This document shows, in pieces, positions 29,626 through 44,600 of a stretch of 64,000 bases of DNA. The translations under genes and the position numbers were made by a program. A model generated the notes under the pieces. That model was not told the DNA's origin and did no database searches. It worked only from the letters and a program-made list of their open reading frames with translations. Source of the stretch: Phoronis australis (lineage: Eukaryota; Animalia; Phoronida); the NCBI GenBank assembly GCA_002633005.1, contig NMRA01000381.1:307057-371056 (forward strand), given 5' to 3'. Position 1 is the first letter of the stretch. Each line of letters opens with the position of its first letter.

Positions 29626-32600
29626 GTAAGAGACGGACCAAGTCAAAATGGGTTATTCTGTGTAAACTGTTGACAATTATGATAGGCACATAGTGTATTT
29701 TGTCACAACAGAGTTGAATAGACAATGTCATGTTTACTGTCTTTAGATATATCCCGGGATAATGACTAGACTTTAGAGAGATAAGGTCTAAGGAAACTAA
29801 TGGGATTACATAGAATTATACTGCTTTATTTAACATAGTATGTAGTGACATCATGTGTTAAGGGGAGGAGTCAAGTGATTGGCACAAGTAGATGATCAAA
29901 CTACTATCTAAACGTAAACATCAAGGTGCATTTCTTAACACTCCGGGCCGCAAATGAAACAAAGATGCAGTGAACTAATAACTCACGGAATCCAAGTCTC
30001 TACACTGAGAGTATAAATTATTTATGTAATATCCGGCACACTACAATGTATATAGACACATTAAGTCAGTTGCAACTAGTCTGGACAGCGTTTGATATGT
30101 GTCCTTGTGAGGATATACCCAGGTTTCAAAACCCTGCTCGCCAACTGGGCGAGTGAGCCAGTAAATCTACTCGCCCAGCCCGAAGTTCAGTCACCCAGCG
30201 TCTGTCACCACAAACTTGCTGCCAGTGTCAATAAAAATCATCGTTTTGTGCATTTATGTCACCATCTTTTAGGACTACCGTATTCGCCCTAATAAGCGCC
30301 CAGGTGCGTAGGAAAATTCGTTTCGGAAGGGGAACGCTACTTGTAGCCTTAGATGGTTGAAACTCGGTCTCCAAAATGGGTGAAATCCTATGACAGACTT
30401 TCTACAAAACTGTGGTGCATTGCTATCAAACTTTGTTGTTAAATAACCATCTTTTTTTAAAAAAATGTGCTGAAATCCCAGGGCGAAAACTTGCCGACTG
30501 ATGCGTCACTGCCTCACGATGGTTGATAGGGCAACTTGAATTCTTGAGTAAAAACACAGTTTCGACTCAACAAATTACCTGAAATCCTCTCTAAGTTTTC
30601 TAAATAGCGTCCCTAAGATTTTTAAGTTCCTCTGGAGTCAGGATTAACCGCAAATTAAGTCCAAATCTGGGCTAGATCGCACCCCACAACACCAGAAAAA
30701 TCTGGACGAACACACACGTTGTCACGTGACGTTTGTTTTGAACTTAGTCTGCGCCGAGTGAGCGCGTGCGTGTCATCTGAGCTCATTTGCCAAAGTAGCA
30801 GGCCCACATATATGTAGGCCCTAGTGCACACTTCTTGGCCACGTTGCTCTAACTGGTCACTATAAAAATTTTGATTTGCTGTTTCTACATGTGCAAAGTA
30901 CTGAATCTGGATTCCTCAGAGGGAGAAGATCTGTGCGGGAAAGATAAAATACATTCCCATTGACAAGTACACTGCGTCCGTTCTGAAGGGCCTGACTGTA
31001 GTGGGACACCTTCCTCACAAGATCAGCAAAACTTAATATGCATTATTTTTCACAGCACTGCGGAAGTTTGAAGTGTATAGCCATGGCTAAATACCGACAG
31101 CAGCGAGGCTCGTGGTCTAGAAATTCCACGCACATTGATTTTTCAAGACTGTCGGATATTGTTGATAAATTGAAGACATTACTGTAGAATTTTAGAACTG
31201 TAGCTAAGGTATTTGTCACATATGTACACGTTCATGGACTGGGCGTTTATTTTAGTGAAATCTGAAAACAAGTGGGGGAGCTTATAGAGGCATGGGCGCT
31301 TATTAGGACGAATGTTGTTTTTTATAAAATACTTTTGGCTAAAATGACATTGTACATTACAATAAGAAATCAGTTCCAAGAAATATGATATTTCACTTGC
31401 TGTGAGAACGTGGACCGGTCTTCCGCATTTCCCCCCTTTCTTCGTTTCGGACTAGTCCGCAAATTCCTTTGTGCACTACCACACACCGTGATGTTTTGTC
31501 TAGACGAATCGCAGAACGGGTGACATCTACTGAATCTGTAGGATCGCATTGTGCCCCCAGAGATATTTTACTGCCAGAGCATCGACACGCTGACCAAACT
31601 GAACCTTAAATTCATGATAAAAACAGCACAAAAAGGAGAAAATTTATATTCATGTTCATCTACGAAACAATATAGTGCTTTTGCACTCTGAAAATTCGCT
31701 CGGCACCTGGGCAACCGGCAAGTCAACTTCTACTCGCCCAGCACCATTTTTACTCGCTTTGGCGACTGGATGAGTGGCTAAGTATATCCCTGCCTTGCCT
31801 TGTCTGTCGCCTTAGTACATACGCGCTCGATTGTAAATTTCCACCGTACATTCAGGTTTCCCTAACGCCCCATTCAACATAAATTTCCAACAGAAGTAGT
31901 TTATGTACTAGATGAGCCGTGGTGGCATGTTTCACCTGTAAGGTAATGGAATGCACGGCACTGTCATTGATGCGGTGAAGCTGTTATATGACTGCCAAGG
32001 GGAAAGCGATGCATTTAAGGTTGTCGTCTTGTACAAGGACGACATTACTGACATTGATTTTGATAGCGTGTGTGCTGTGATGTTGTTTTGTTGCATGATG
32101 TTGGTGCAGTATGGGTAGATAGTCCTGTTACCATTGTTGCCAAAATTTGAAAATACACTGTTCAAGTATCTCGCACGTTTCTGCGGTTGTGACATTGGTG
32201 GTGTAAAATCTGAACTGATAAGTTCATTGTCATCCATGAATTTCTGTGGCAGTGGTATGGTTATCAGTATGGCCATAAAACAAATAAGCTGATGTCAACA
32301 GTTGATTAATGTCATTACTGCTGAGTTACCTTAAGGCCTGTCATTCAATACAGTGTTAACTTCACTCACAATTGTAAACAGTTTGTTAGAGCCTATGCTT
32401 GCATATCCCAAGATTTTCTGAGGCACATTTTTTTCAGTTCGATTAGGCATTCGTAAGAACAACCGAACCATGGTGCATTTTGCTTAATGACCATTTTACA
32501 CTGTGCGAGGAAAGAAAGTTACAAACGTTCACATTTTTTATAATTTCATTGAAGACACTGCTTTGATCACAGCAGTGCAATAAAAATCCAATCAACATCA

Positions 32601-35600
32601 GTAGGTAACATCAAAGTCGTGTCGTCAATGAAATATGTATCCAAGAAGATTACTGCCAAATTATAGTGATTGTTTATAATTGTATGTAAGTCGTGAGCCG
32701 CAGCAACAAACATAGACCTGTTTTCTGAGATCATTTGGCTTGGTAATGATCAATGGCTCGTAAATCTTCAGAATTCTCGCAAAAATACTGTCATAGTCAG
32801 ATTTGAAACACTTAGCAAAACATTAGGCACTGTCGTTGAGGCATGGTAACCATGTGGTTGAATTGGTGGTGTCTGGGAGGGTCTTTTCCCTCAAACAAAA
32901 AGTTGCCTTTCAGAAGGTTCAGGCACCTTTCCCCACAGATTAGAGAGGGTGGTACTGTAGTGTGATACTGATACTGCTAATTAGATACCAGTGTTCTTTT
33001 GAAACTAGCAACTACTCAGTGTAGAAAGCATTTGAATAACATGAAATGTTGTTTTCAGTTTCTTACATAAGAACTGCATATTATATAAAGACACTTTTTG
33101 TGTCTGTTGGTTCCTGTTTGGTGTCATATGTCAAAAACTGAATATCCAGTATCTACTGTGGTACTGAGAACTTGTTTTGATATTTTTGATCACCAGCTCA
33201 AGGAATCAGTATAGTATTGGTACCAGTGGTATTTGTCACATGGTTATTGTGTTGTCTTTCTTATGCTGAATAGTAACAAATTAGTGATGACAGTGGGAGA
33301 GAATAATTAGTTAACTTAATGACTATAAGTGGGAAAGAGTGTGACAACAATCAGGGTTGATGTATGATTTGGTCAAAACGATTTTGGTAGACCAAGGTTC
33401 ACAAATTCCACAATCTCATTTCAGTTATTGTTTCCAAAGCTGATTTTTTTGCTTTGCCGAATGATTTTCAGATCATTAATATGCTTATAATTAGAAATTT
33501 TTCGGAAACTGTGTTCCTTTGTTTTCAAAGAACTGTTTGATTGCCTTTACATTTTAAATGTTTTGCTGTACTAGTTCATGTAGTTACTCCTTTTTATACT
33601 AAAAGAATAATTAGTCCAAAGCTAGATTCTTGAATCATCAAAGCAAGTTTAACATCTGTTTTAAAACTTCTTTTTGGTGTCACAGCCCAAAGACATTGTT
33701 TTAATAAAATCATTTGGTGTCGGAAAGTTGGAGACACCAGTGTTTTCATCTTTAAGGTAAAATTACCAATCTTGTGGGATAATTTACTGTTAAGATCATG
33801 TTAAATTTTTGGCTTGGTGTAAACTGGTCTAATAGAACTTGTTCAAAACAATCCCTTTAGATTGCCTGATGTATTGCATAATTTGTAGTTGTACCAAAAC
33901 GTGCACGCCACTTCCATGAAAAATATCTGTTTTCACTTGCAGAGCTTACATTATCGAAACCAATAATTATTTGGAGAGTACCATTTTTAATACACAGACA
34001 TTTTTGTTGTTACTTCCTAATGTAGAGAAAAAAAAATTATAAGTGCTTAGAACTCTGAACAGTTCTCTTGTGATAAAACTGTCTATTTCAGTGTACTAGC
34101 TAAATCTTCAAACTAATTAGCACACAGCATATACAAAATCAGCATTTTCCACAAAAAAAATTCAAACTGATCATGTTTACAACCCCTTTGAAAACTTAAA
34201 CAGTGTACAAAATGAAAAATCAATTGTGTTGCAGGCTATTTAAACAGGTCATGGAAAACCTTGAAAACATACTTCAGGTTTTGCATGTGTTTATTTTTTA
34301 AGGGTGGTAGATATATACATATTACATACCGTATTCACCCTAATAAGCACCCAGGGCACTTAGAAAAATTCCTTTCAGTTGGACGCTTATTGTAGTCTAA
34401 GACGGCTGAAACCCGGTCTCCGAAACGGGTGAATTCGTAAGCTAGGATTCATCAAATTTACGCTTTGTGATGTATCTGTAACCTATGACAGGCTTTCTAC
34501 AAAATTGTGGTGCATTGCTATTACACTTTGTTGTTAAATTACAATCATTTTTCGGAAAGTTGTGCTGAAATCCCAGGGCGAAAACTCGCCAAATGATGTG
34601 TCGCTGCTTCGCGATTGTCGATAGGGCAACGTGAATTCTTGAATAAAAATAGTTTCGACTCAACAAATTACCTGAAGTCCTCCTTAAGTTTTCAAACTAG
34701 CATCTCCGTGAGTTGGTATTAACTGCAGATTACGTCCAAACCTGCGCTAGATCGTACCCCGCAACACGACAAAAACTCAGGACGAATACACACGTTGTTG
34801 TCACGTGACGTTTGTTTTGAAGTTCGTCTGGTTTGCGTGTGTGTGAGTGAGCGAGTGCGTTCGTGTCACCAGAGTTCATTTGCCAGAATAAATGTAATGT
34901 AACGACCTATAGGTGTGCATTGTAACTAAAGAAATCAACACAAGTAGTAAAGCAGAAGTGCTTTATTTAGCACTTGATGGTCTCATCTGCTAAAAAACGT
35001 TTGAGAATTGTCTCGGTAAGGCCAATATCACATGCCCGCACCCAGGGGGGGGGGCTTGGGGGGGAGGCCCCCCTCCATTTGGCGAAGTGGGCAGAAAGGT
35101 CCGCCTCTGAGAGACAAAAAGTCCGAGAAAATGAGGCATAAGTCCATTAACATGCACAATGGCGCAATTCACAGTGGTGCTTCCGTTTTTTTATTAGTCC
35201 TCCCGCTTTTTTTGTTACCAAAAGGTCAGGAGTTCGAGCCCCCCCATATTGAAGGCTGGGTGTGTGCATGTATCAAATGTCATTTAGTCGCTGGGTAACT
35301 GGATGCCTGATAGTCTAACAGTTATTTTCTGAAAGATTCGGGATGTAAGGGTGTGAAAGTGTGGGTCATTTTGACTTTAAAAACAGCAATTATGATTAAT
35401 TTAATAATTTGTCTTAAAAATCTCTCAACAGTTTTTTACGGTGTTAGAAACATTCGGAAATTAGTGCCAATATTTAGTTCTTGCCGATGGTATGCTACCT
35501 GTTTCATGAATAGATAGTTCCCGATGACGATACATGTATTTAGCGCACGGTTCCTGGCCACATGCTTTTAAGTTTGGATTCCTGTTGAGGGAGAAGATCT

Positions 35601-38600
35601 GTACGGAAAGATACATTACAATCCCGTTGACAAGTATGCTGTGTCTGTTCTGGAAGGCCAGACCACGTTTGCAAGATCAGTAAAACTTAAGCATGGCGGA
35701 AGTTTGAAGAGTATAGTCATGGCTAAATACCAACATAGCAGTGAGGCTCGTGGTCTACAAATTCCGCGCACAATGATTTTTTTCAGGATAAATTGAAAAG
35801 GTTACTGTAGAATTTTAGAACTGTAGGTAAAGCATTTTTCACATGTACACGGTATTCATGGACTGGGCGCTTATTTTAACAAAGTCTGAAAATGCGTGGG
35901 GAACGCTTATAGGGGCATGGGTGCTTATTAATGCGAATACGTTATATGTTTATTTGAATAAATCGTGGGAGATTCCTGAAAGGTTTCTTTAGGATTGCTA
36001 AAAGCCAGGAAGCACTATGAATAAAGTATCAGAACATACTGCAGTAAATAACATGCACAAATTAACGATAAAGAAACTAAAAATAGTAACTAAGTACTTA
36101 CATGACTAATGAGATATATCTACGTAGTATCATCAAAATGTGTATAAAGTAAATGTACATACATAGAGAATAACGAAGTACTAAGTAGTACAAAACTATA
36201 GGATGTAATTTACTGTTGAAGTACTGGATAAAACTTAGAGCAAAAGAAGGAAGAAATCTATTAACCTAATCATGTTTGGCAATACTCGATTAGCAATTTT
36301 AATTTTTCTGGGGAAAATCGGAACTCTGTTGACCCCTAGAGTCTCAAATCAATAGGTCAGTGTAGAGGCAGCTGGTGTGTTGTGGTTTTATCCACAAGCT
36401 GTTGTTTCTGGTCAGCTGTTATTTGCTATCCATTAGAATGCAGAATGTCTTATATACAGGGCTTGGAATTTTCCGCGGGAACGTAGATTTCCGCTTTTTT
36501 CAAATGTGCCTTCCGCTTTTTTTATAATAGTTCCGCGTAAAAAAATCGGATTTGATATAAAATTTCCGCGGCAAATTCCTTTCTTACCGCGGCGTTGCAG
36601 ACGACGTTCACCTCGAAAAGCGGAAGTTGCCCTTTATGTTTCGGAGGAACGTAAATTGTCAACATTGCCGGGGCATCTGGGACAGCGTGGTGGGATTTTC
36701 AATGACGTCTCGTGTTATTGTTAAGCGCGGCGACAAATACTACCGCTCTGCAGCCAAAAATGTGTGGGTTGGGAGTGGACGGGCGAGCTAAAAGGACATA
36801 GCACTGATGGTGGTAACGTTTTTTTTTTTTTTCATTTTAGTCCTCCCGATTTTTGTCGGGGAAAGGTTCACATTGAGATTTGGGCCGTAAAAAATTTCCG
36901 CGTTTTTTGTCATTGGTCATTCCAAGCTATAGTCCCATTTAGACATCAACTTTTGGCCCGGTGCAACTGACACGGAGCAAATTGATCGGTGTCAAGCAGC
37001 CGTTTACGCACACAACTCACTAACTGTGGCCGGAAGTTGATAGGCAGGAGAGTGGAACACACATGTGCAGGTTTACAAATGGTGGGAGTTGCAGAGACAG
37101 AGAACCTGCATGTAGGTCATTGCACAAGCGCAGTAGAGGTGATCCTTTCTGCCTTGCCCCAGTTTTGTGTTTAGATATATAATTGACACGGAACATGATG
37201 ATCGAGCACAAATTGCTCTACCTCACAAACGGGTGGCAAAAGTTGTCACAGCGGTGTCAATTTGCTTTAGGTCAGTCCTGTTTACACATATGCACTAGAA
37301 GCTTAGAACATCTTGTTGGGTGTCAGCTGATCGTTGTCAACTTTTGTTGTAAACGGCACTTATGGGAAGACAAAATTTAAATTGGAAATATCCATACAAG
37401 TCAAATGGACCAGTTGGTCTAAGCTATGTGCCTCAATGAAAATGTTTGAGAACAAACAGGTTGAAGCATTCTCTAAAACAATTGTTGTAAATAAGTGAAT
37501 AATTGCCATAGGTTGTTTGTGTATCAACTCTTAACTGTATCTGACACATGTGGAGAGTTGTTTTGATGTTTAATTAAATGATGTTTTTTTCAACAGTTGT
37601 TCAAGGGCTTTTAATGCTTGGTGTCATCTCCCCAATCATATCAACTTCTCCTTCACCTGACCTCAGATTTCTGGGTTAAGGATCAGCGACTGACTTATAA
37701 ACAAAAACAGTGAGCTAACTATGCACAAGTACAACAGACCTGAGCTGACCAGTGTGTCAGGTCTTGAGTACAGAAGTAGGTCAGCCATTGAACTCCAGTA
37801 ATCTAATCCCCAGTTTGCAATTTGTCATTCAAAGGCAACAACACTTTCTAAATTTGAGGATTGGCCAGACAGATTCCTTGTTGGACAAAGTGTCCATTAA
37901 ATTGACTTTTCTTTCAAAGAAGGCATTGTTGGCCTAACAGGACCAGGCTTGCCTAAGAAGAATGACTCCATGACCCAGACCCTGATGCACACATGTTTGC
38001 TGACTCTCTGCCTGCCTGTTGATCAGTCAGTGTCTCAAGTTGAAAAAGCTTGATCTATTTCCATTGTTAGTGCTTGACCAGTGTCCCCACACAATGTGTG
38101 CCTTCTGTTTGCACTGCTGGTCACAATCTGTAAGTATTTTGGACATTCAAGCTGTCACAAATGCTTTCTTTGATTCCAAGTTTGGATTGATATAGTACTT
38201 AATTGTTGTTGTGTTACAATGTTGGTTCTTTTTTAATTTTTATGATTTACCGATAATACATCATGTCTCTTACAATGGTGCTTTTGTTTTCGTAGGAACG
38301 AGGGATCAAGATGCCTAGGAGCCTTAGGTGTGGTCCAAGTAATTTTATCCCGGAGTCTGAGGTAAGAAATGTTAATGCAAACTTCAGTTTGCTCATGAAA
38401 AAATAAAATATTACTTTTTAACAAAACCTGGGCTTTGTTTTTCATTGGGCCACATAAATTTAGGTTATTTGTTGTAGTAAACCCCCCCCCCCTGCAAGTA
38501 CAACGCTCAAGCAAACTATGTCTCGCAAGCATGTGTTTCCTTTTGAAAGCCCACATACTTGGCCCCACCTTGTTGTTTTGTTTTTTTTTAGTTAAATGCC

Positions 38601-41600
38601 CTGTTTACCTGGATGAATACGGAACTTGATTATCAGTCTGAAAACTTTGCACATCTTGATGTTCTCAGAAAGTATGGTAAAAATTCTCCAGTTTTGGGCA
38701 GTGAAAAGTTAATTGTTTTGCTCATTGTTAGTACCAAATTTTAGGAATAGGCAATATTGACATTCCCAAATTCAAGAATTTCATTCAATGACAAATGATC
38801 ATTCTCTTGGATGTTGGAAAGCTGTGTCAGCAGCTTGACCATTTTGTGAACTACTCAGTCTATTTTGTGAACTGCCCAGTCTATTTTGTGAACTACCCAG
38901 TCTATTTTGTGAACTGCCCAGTCTATTTTCAGACTGTCGATACGAAAATGGAGTGTCCGAAATTTGTGAAATATGATGAACGCCAAAATCGACTGTGTCC
39001 CAATTTTCAAATAAAAGAAAATTCAAATTTCTGCTTGAATTTGGTTGTTCTAAATTTTAGAGATTGTCCCAAACTGGACAATTTTAACCTAAGTATAGTT
39101 TGTGCTCTCTGAAGTGCCATCCACATACAGACAGGGCGACAACTTCTGCCCTATCTTAGTTATCGGTTATGTGTGTGTGGACGCTCCACTCAAAAGTGGG
39201 GTAAGTTGCACTAGTGCAAGTTGTTCTAGGGTAGGCTGTGTGTGGATGGGACTTATATAGTTCCTCCCTGAACATCAGTTACCAAGCATTCAATATATTG
39301 TATCACAATCCCTCAGACTTGCTGCATGTACCAGTATATTGCAAGTGACATATCATGCTATAACCATGTAATTTGAATTTCCAATGGATGTTTCAATACT
39401 AAGGTCTGTTCACAACAAAACCCTCTGTGGGAAATAGAGATGAATAAAGTCAGTTAATATGTAATTGTTAATGAAAGTTGCCAAGCTGGTAGATGTAGGC
39501 ACAGATTGTATTCGTGGTATACTTGTCTGCTTTTCTACGAGTTATTTTTACAAAATTTTTGCTCGTTGCTGTACCTATTTAATTATTGAAATGGGATCCG
39601 AGATGGTACATGCAACACAGATTCTGTTCATCAGTTGGTGCCGTAGTTTCTGTTTTGTGGTTCTGCTTTTCTTTGAGATATTTATAGAAAATTTTTGCCT
39701 GTAGCCTTAAATGTTTAATTATTGAAATGGCCAGACTCGTAGGTGCTCTTCGCCCATAGTTGTCTCCCTGGATTGATGGCACTGTCAATCCCTGTCCACA
39801 CACTAGTTTTCCATAATACGACTTGGTAAACAAGTTGATTATTGTCTACATGTGATTATTAATGACTTCTCATACCAATTTTTAGCTGGAAAAGTCATGT
39901 TGGAGCTACATGTCTGTCACATATAAAACTATATACTAAAAACCCAAGTATGTAGACAAGGTTTTGAAGTGATTCCGGGGTAAAATATACAAGGGAAGTA
40001 ATTGATGGATGTTCATCCTTTTCAGGTTGTTCCAATCTTTGAAAATCCTAAGGAAGACTATCTGCATGCTCAAGTAAGTGTTCAGAGATTGTGTTATGAG
40101 TGGTGTGCTAGTATTAGAGATTGGTTTTCTTAGCAGTGTCTATGAATTGTCTGTGTGTCCTGTTAAGTAGGAATAGCTTGTATTTGTGGCACGAGTGCAA
40201 TTTGATAAGATTGTTTTTAACCAGTAAGTTGCATGACATGCCCACAGGGGTTTGTGCTGTGTTCACACGGTAACTTTGGGATGGTGCAAATTATCATGGC
40301 TTAGTATGATGCATCAGCTCTGGCTTTCAGGTTATCTCAAACCTTATATAGTGGACTCTATTCTAACTCCTATATAAAAAACTAAGCCTTGTCGACTAGT
40401 AAAAATATATGTTTTCTGAAAGGAAAAAGACCAAGGAATGTGAAAATATGTTTTGTATTTATGTATTATTATTATTATGTTAACACCTGTTTTAAATCAA
40501 AATTTCATTTTTAAGAGGTGACTCGTAGCATTCGTTCTCAATCATCATTCGCATATAGATGCACAACTCCCTTGGGATTAAAACTACATTTTGTCTTTGT
40601 TATCCCCGACACCGTTCTATCATAAATTCACCTCGTTGACTCAATATTAAGGCGACTAAGTGAATGAAAGGACTGAGGGTACATACGAAGCTGCGGGCTC
40701 TGTACCTGGCGGGAGATTGGATTTGAGTGACAGCCCTGTAACCTTTGACCTCAGATAAGTAGTAAACAAATATCCACGTGGTTGTGCGGTTCCAAGGTGT
40801 GTAAAAATCGCCAATTTTTGTGAATTAGGTTTGAGATAACCTTAAGGTCTTTATGGCCACTTCATAAACCCTGATGAGGCACTTTGCTTATGTGCAATTT
40901 GATAGTCCTTATTCGTGGGAGGTTCATTTTGATGCAAATCTTCGTAAATCATTCTTGCCATTTGTCAGCATCAGGTAACCTCGCAGATAACTTGCATGTG
41001 TGTTACCTGATTCATAGTTTGCATTTTTGGGGGTGAGATTCAACTACAGCATAATCACACGAAGTGTGATTTGCGATTCTTTTTGCAAAGGATTTGCCAA
41101 TCGGTCTGTTTGTTGAAATGATGCATTTAGAGGGTCACTTTCAATCTTTTGTTTATGGATGATGGTTGTTTAGTTGTTCTTGCACCAATAGCGGTGTTGC
41201 AGTTATCCCATGTTTAATTATGGTGAGTTCAAATAACAAGTGGTGTTATCTTTCATGTTTGTAAAGATGTCATGTTATCTATGATGTTACTGGATGTTCA
41301 GGAGCTGACAAGCATCCCACAATGCATTTGAAAAACTGTGTCATAGATGAAGTGCAGTTATGTCTTTGTTTCTGCCATGACACCAGTTGGTTTTTAGGGG
41401 GCAACGACATGATTAGGGCCAACATTGTACACCTCTGAAACACTGCAATGTTTAGAATTCTATTAATGGTTGGTGTGGGTTGCATGTCAAAGGAGGTGTC
41501 AGAAACCATGAATTCTCTGCCATAATTCAACATTCCTATTCACAGAATTAAAACACCCCATCTTTAATGTGCTTGTGGGTGACTTCACCAACTTTGCAGC

Positions 41601-44600
41601 AAACCAGCACACCTGTGTCTAAGAATAGATTTCATGCTGGGCAGAAACTAATGATTTGTTGGATTTGCCCTCCAGGCCATATTTGCAGACAAAGGTCTTC
41701 AGGTTCACTACTCTTAGGAAACATTTGTTATGTAACTGGGGGAAGTCAAACTTGTGCATAACTACCAAGCACCCTAAGCAGTCATTCAAGGTGACATGTT
41801 TTGGATTTTCTAATGACAAAAGATTACAGAAAACTTCAAACAATGACTGGGAAGTGACAATCAACCAAGTGATTATCATTCCCATAGAAAGTCTTATTGT
41901 AGAGCTTACATATGCACTGAAATTGCTGGGCAATGTTATATGACAGGCAGACCAGTGAGAAAGGGCCCCCGCCCTTGTCTAAGTGTTTGGAATGGATAGA
42001 TGCATTAATATTAAACAAGTGGTCTTTGGAATGGGCACATATGCTGCCTAGCCCTAGACTAAAATCATAATCTTAATAATACGCCTGTGGTACCCTATTG
42101 ATAATATCCTGGGGTGCGCCAAGTGTTTTCATACAGACTTCAGTATTAATTTTATTTTGGTCAAAATGTTTATTAATGATTAGTTAGACTACTGCGTTTC
42201 GTTTTGAACAGAAATTGTTGGCCTGTGTTTGGTGTTCTAGTTTGGGCCAGAATGAGTCTTTAGTGCTTTGTTGCAAGCTGCATTTTGATTGTAATGATTA
42301 ATGATCTGAGCACCCTTAAATAAGAGTTTATACAGCGGCTGTCTCTCTTGGGTGGCCCGAGTTTTATTCTAAATGGGTTCGATGGGATGGCCACAATTAA
42401 AACAAGAAGGGAAATTTTTTAAAAGTTGCTTGAAATAATGGCCAATTTCTTATCATTGTCATCTGGTCAGCCGTGGCTCAAATAGACAGGCCATCAATCA
42501 TTTCAGAAATAAGACATTTGCTAGGCAAAAAGTGCTTTCTTAGTGGGGTTAGAGGTTTACTAAATGTAAGGTACTATGACCAGCATGTCTCTAAAGTTGC
42601 TGAATGAACTTTCTTGTATTCAAATCGTACTCTGACAGCTGGAATTCACATGATTTGCTCTGATGTGAGATAATGAAAGTCCCTTCATTTGAGGACAAAG
42701 GGTATTATGGACTTATGGCAAATCATGTATTTGGTCCAAAATTACTTTGCCCTGAATTTTCCCAATTCTTCCAATGATACTGGGGACAACTGACGACCCC
42801 ATACCCCTGAATACTGCAGATGAAAAAGATTCATCATTTCTAGTGATTACAGTGGTGGTATTTTCATATTCAGATTTTAATTTTGATTGCATGCTTCGTT
42901 TGGGGAAACAATAGCCTAGGGGTTTGGCAACATAATTCATAAAATCATTTCTTGATCCAAAACATATGACCAGTAGTACATGTATGGTTAACTGTGACTT
43001 GTGGTCTGGGGGTCTATGTTTGTGCCTGGTTGAAAAAAATCTTTGCGCAGTTGGTGTATTCTTGTACACTCATATAGCCTAGATGTAGTTTATATACCAG
43101 AATCATGATTAACAAAATTATAAGCAGTGTCAAGTAGCCTACCATACAACATAGAAGAAGTACACACAATACATATTGTAAACAAGAGAAGTGGCATGTA
43201 GACAGGGTGTTGGGCCAGGTGTGTCCACTGTAAGTCATTAAGGAAGATTAGTAGCAAAGCAGGAAGGAGTGAATAGATTACTAGCAGCAGGATTATCTAG
43301 ACAAAATGAGGCTACAGATAAGTGATTCCATAGAGCTGGAGACTGGGGCCCAGATAAGTGACTCCATGGAGTTGGAGACTGGGGCACAGATAAGTGATTC
43401 CATAGAGCTGGAGACGGAGAACAATGGAAGCCTTGCGGCTAATGAATATCATCTGTCTACTAGAGTAGAGTAACTTAGAGCAAGAAACTGCAACAAGTGA
43501 GCTAGTACTTTAAGCAATCTCAGCAAACGCTGCAAGATGGTTTGGACACAATTTACATTGTTTTCATGTTTCTGTTTCCTGCTGTTACCAAGGTGCATTA
43601 CACACTGATTAAATTTTTACAAGAAGCATTTGCCAAGTTTCCTGTTGTTAACTGATATCTGAAGTCCAGAAGACACGTAGACCTTGTTACCAGCAGTAAT
43701 GTTTGCTCCTAAATGCTGCTTTGTTGAACAATTTAGTCTTGAACCTCTTGGATTCCACATGATTCGAGACTAATTGATTTCAAGCAGTTTGTTTTAGGTC
43801 AAATAACTCCTGTGTGTCTGTCCCAGGTAATTATCACGAGCAAGTTGTTTTATTACAAGGGTAATCTTTATATTGGAGGTGTTCAAAGAGATATCGATCT
43901 ATTAGAAAACAGAGCTTATTTTTCTTAGTTTCCTAGATTTTAGTTTGTCAAGTGATCTATGTGATTGTTCTAGCTCAGTTACACATAAATGCTTGACACT
44001 ACATTGGTTCTTAGTGTCACTGGCTCTTATTGTCACTGGCTCTTATTGTCACTGGCTCTTATTGTCATTTACACCCAGAGCAGATACATGGTAACACATT
44101 GCAATGTAATCCTCAAGTGGAAAATTAATTTGTTGTGTTTGTTGACAATATTAAACATTTACAAATTTGTATTCTACTATTGGTATATCAAGCAGTGATA
44201 AAGCAAATTTTTGTTTAAATTTAAGCTTTTTAACAACATAACCAGCTTTAGAGAAATAGAAACATAAATTTGGTTATTGTTTGTGTGTGAAGTTGAACGG
44301 AACTTATTGTAATAAATGAACTGACTTTTTAAAGTGTGAAGTACTTGAGCATAGAGTATATGGGAGCACTGTGTGTTATGTCCATTTAACAGTTAAAAGA
44401 GAGGTTTAAACTGTTGATCAGAACCATTCATTGCATACAACATTGTAACTGATGATGTGCTGATTAAATCCAAACTGTTGGGATATTGCAAACATCTTGC
44501 ATCTAAGTGTTACAAGCCTTGAGCCACACAGTGGTCATGTGATATGATCATGAGTGCACATTTCACTCTGCAAGCAGTCCAAATGGTGCTGCACAGCTGA

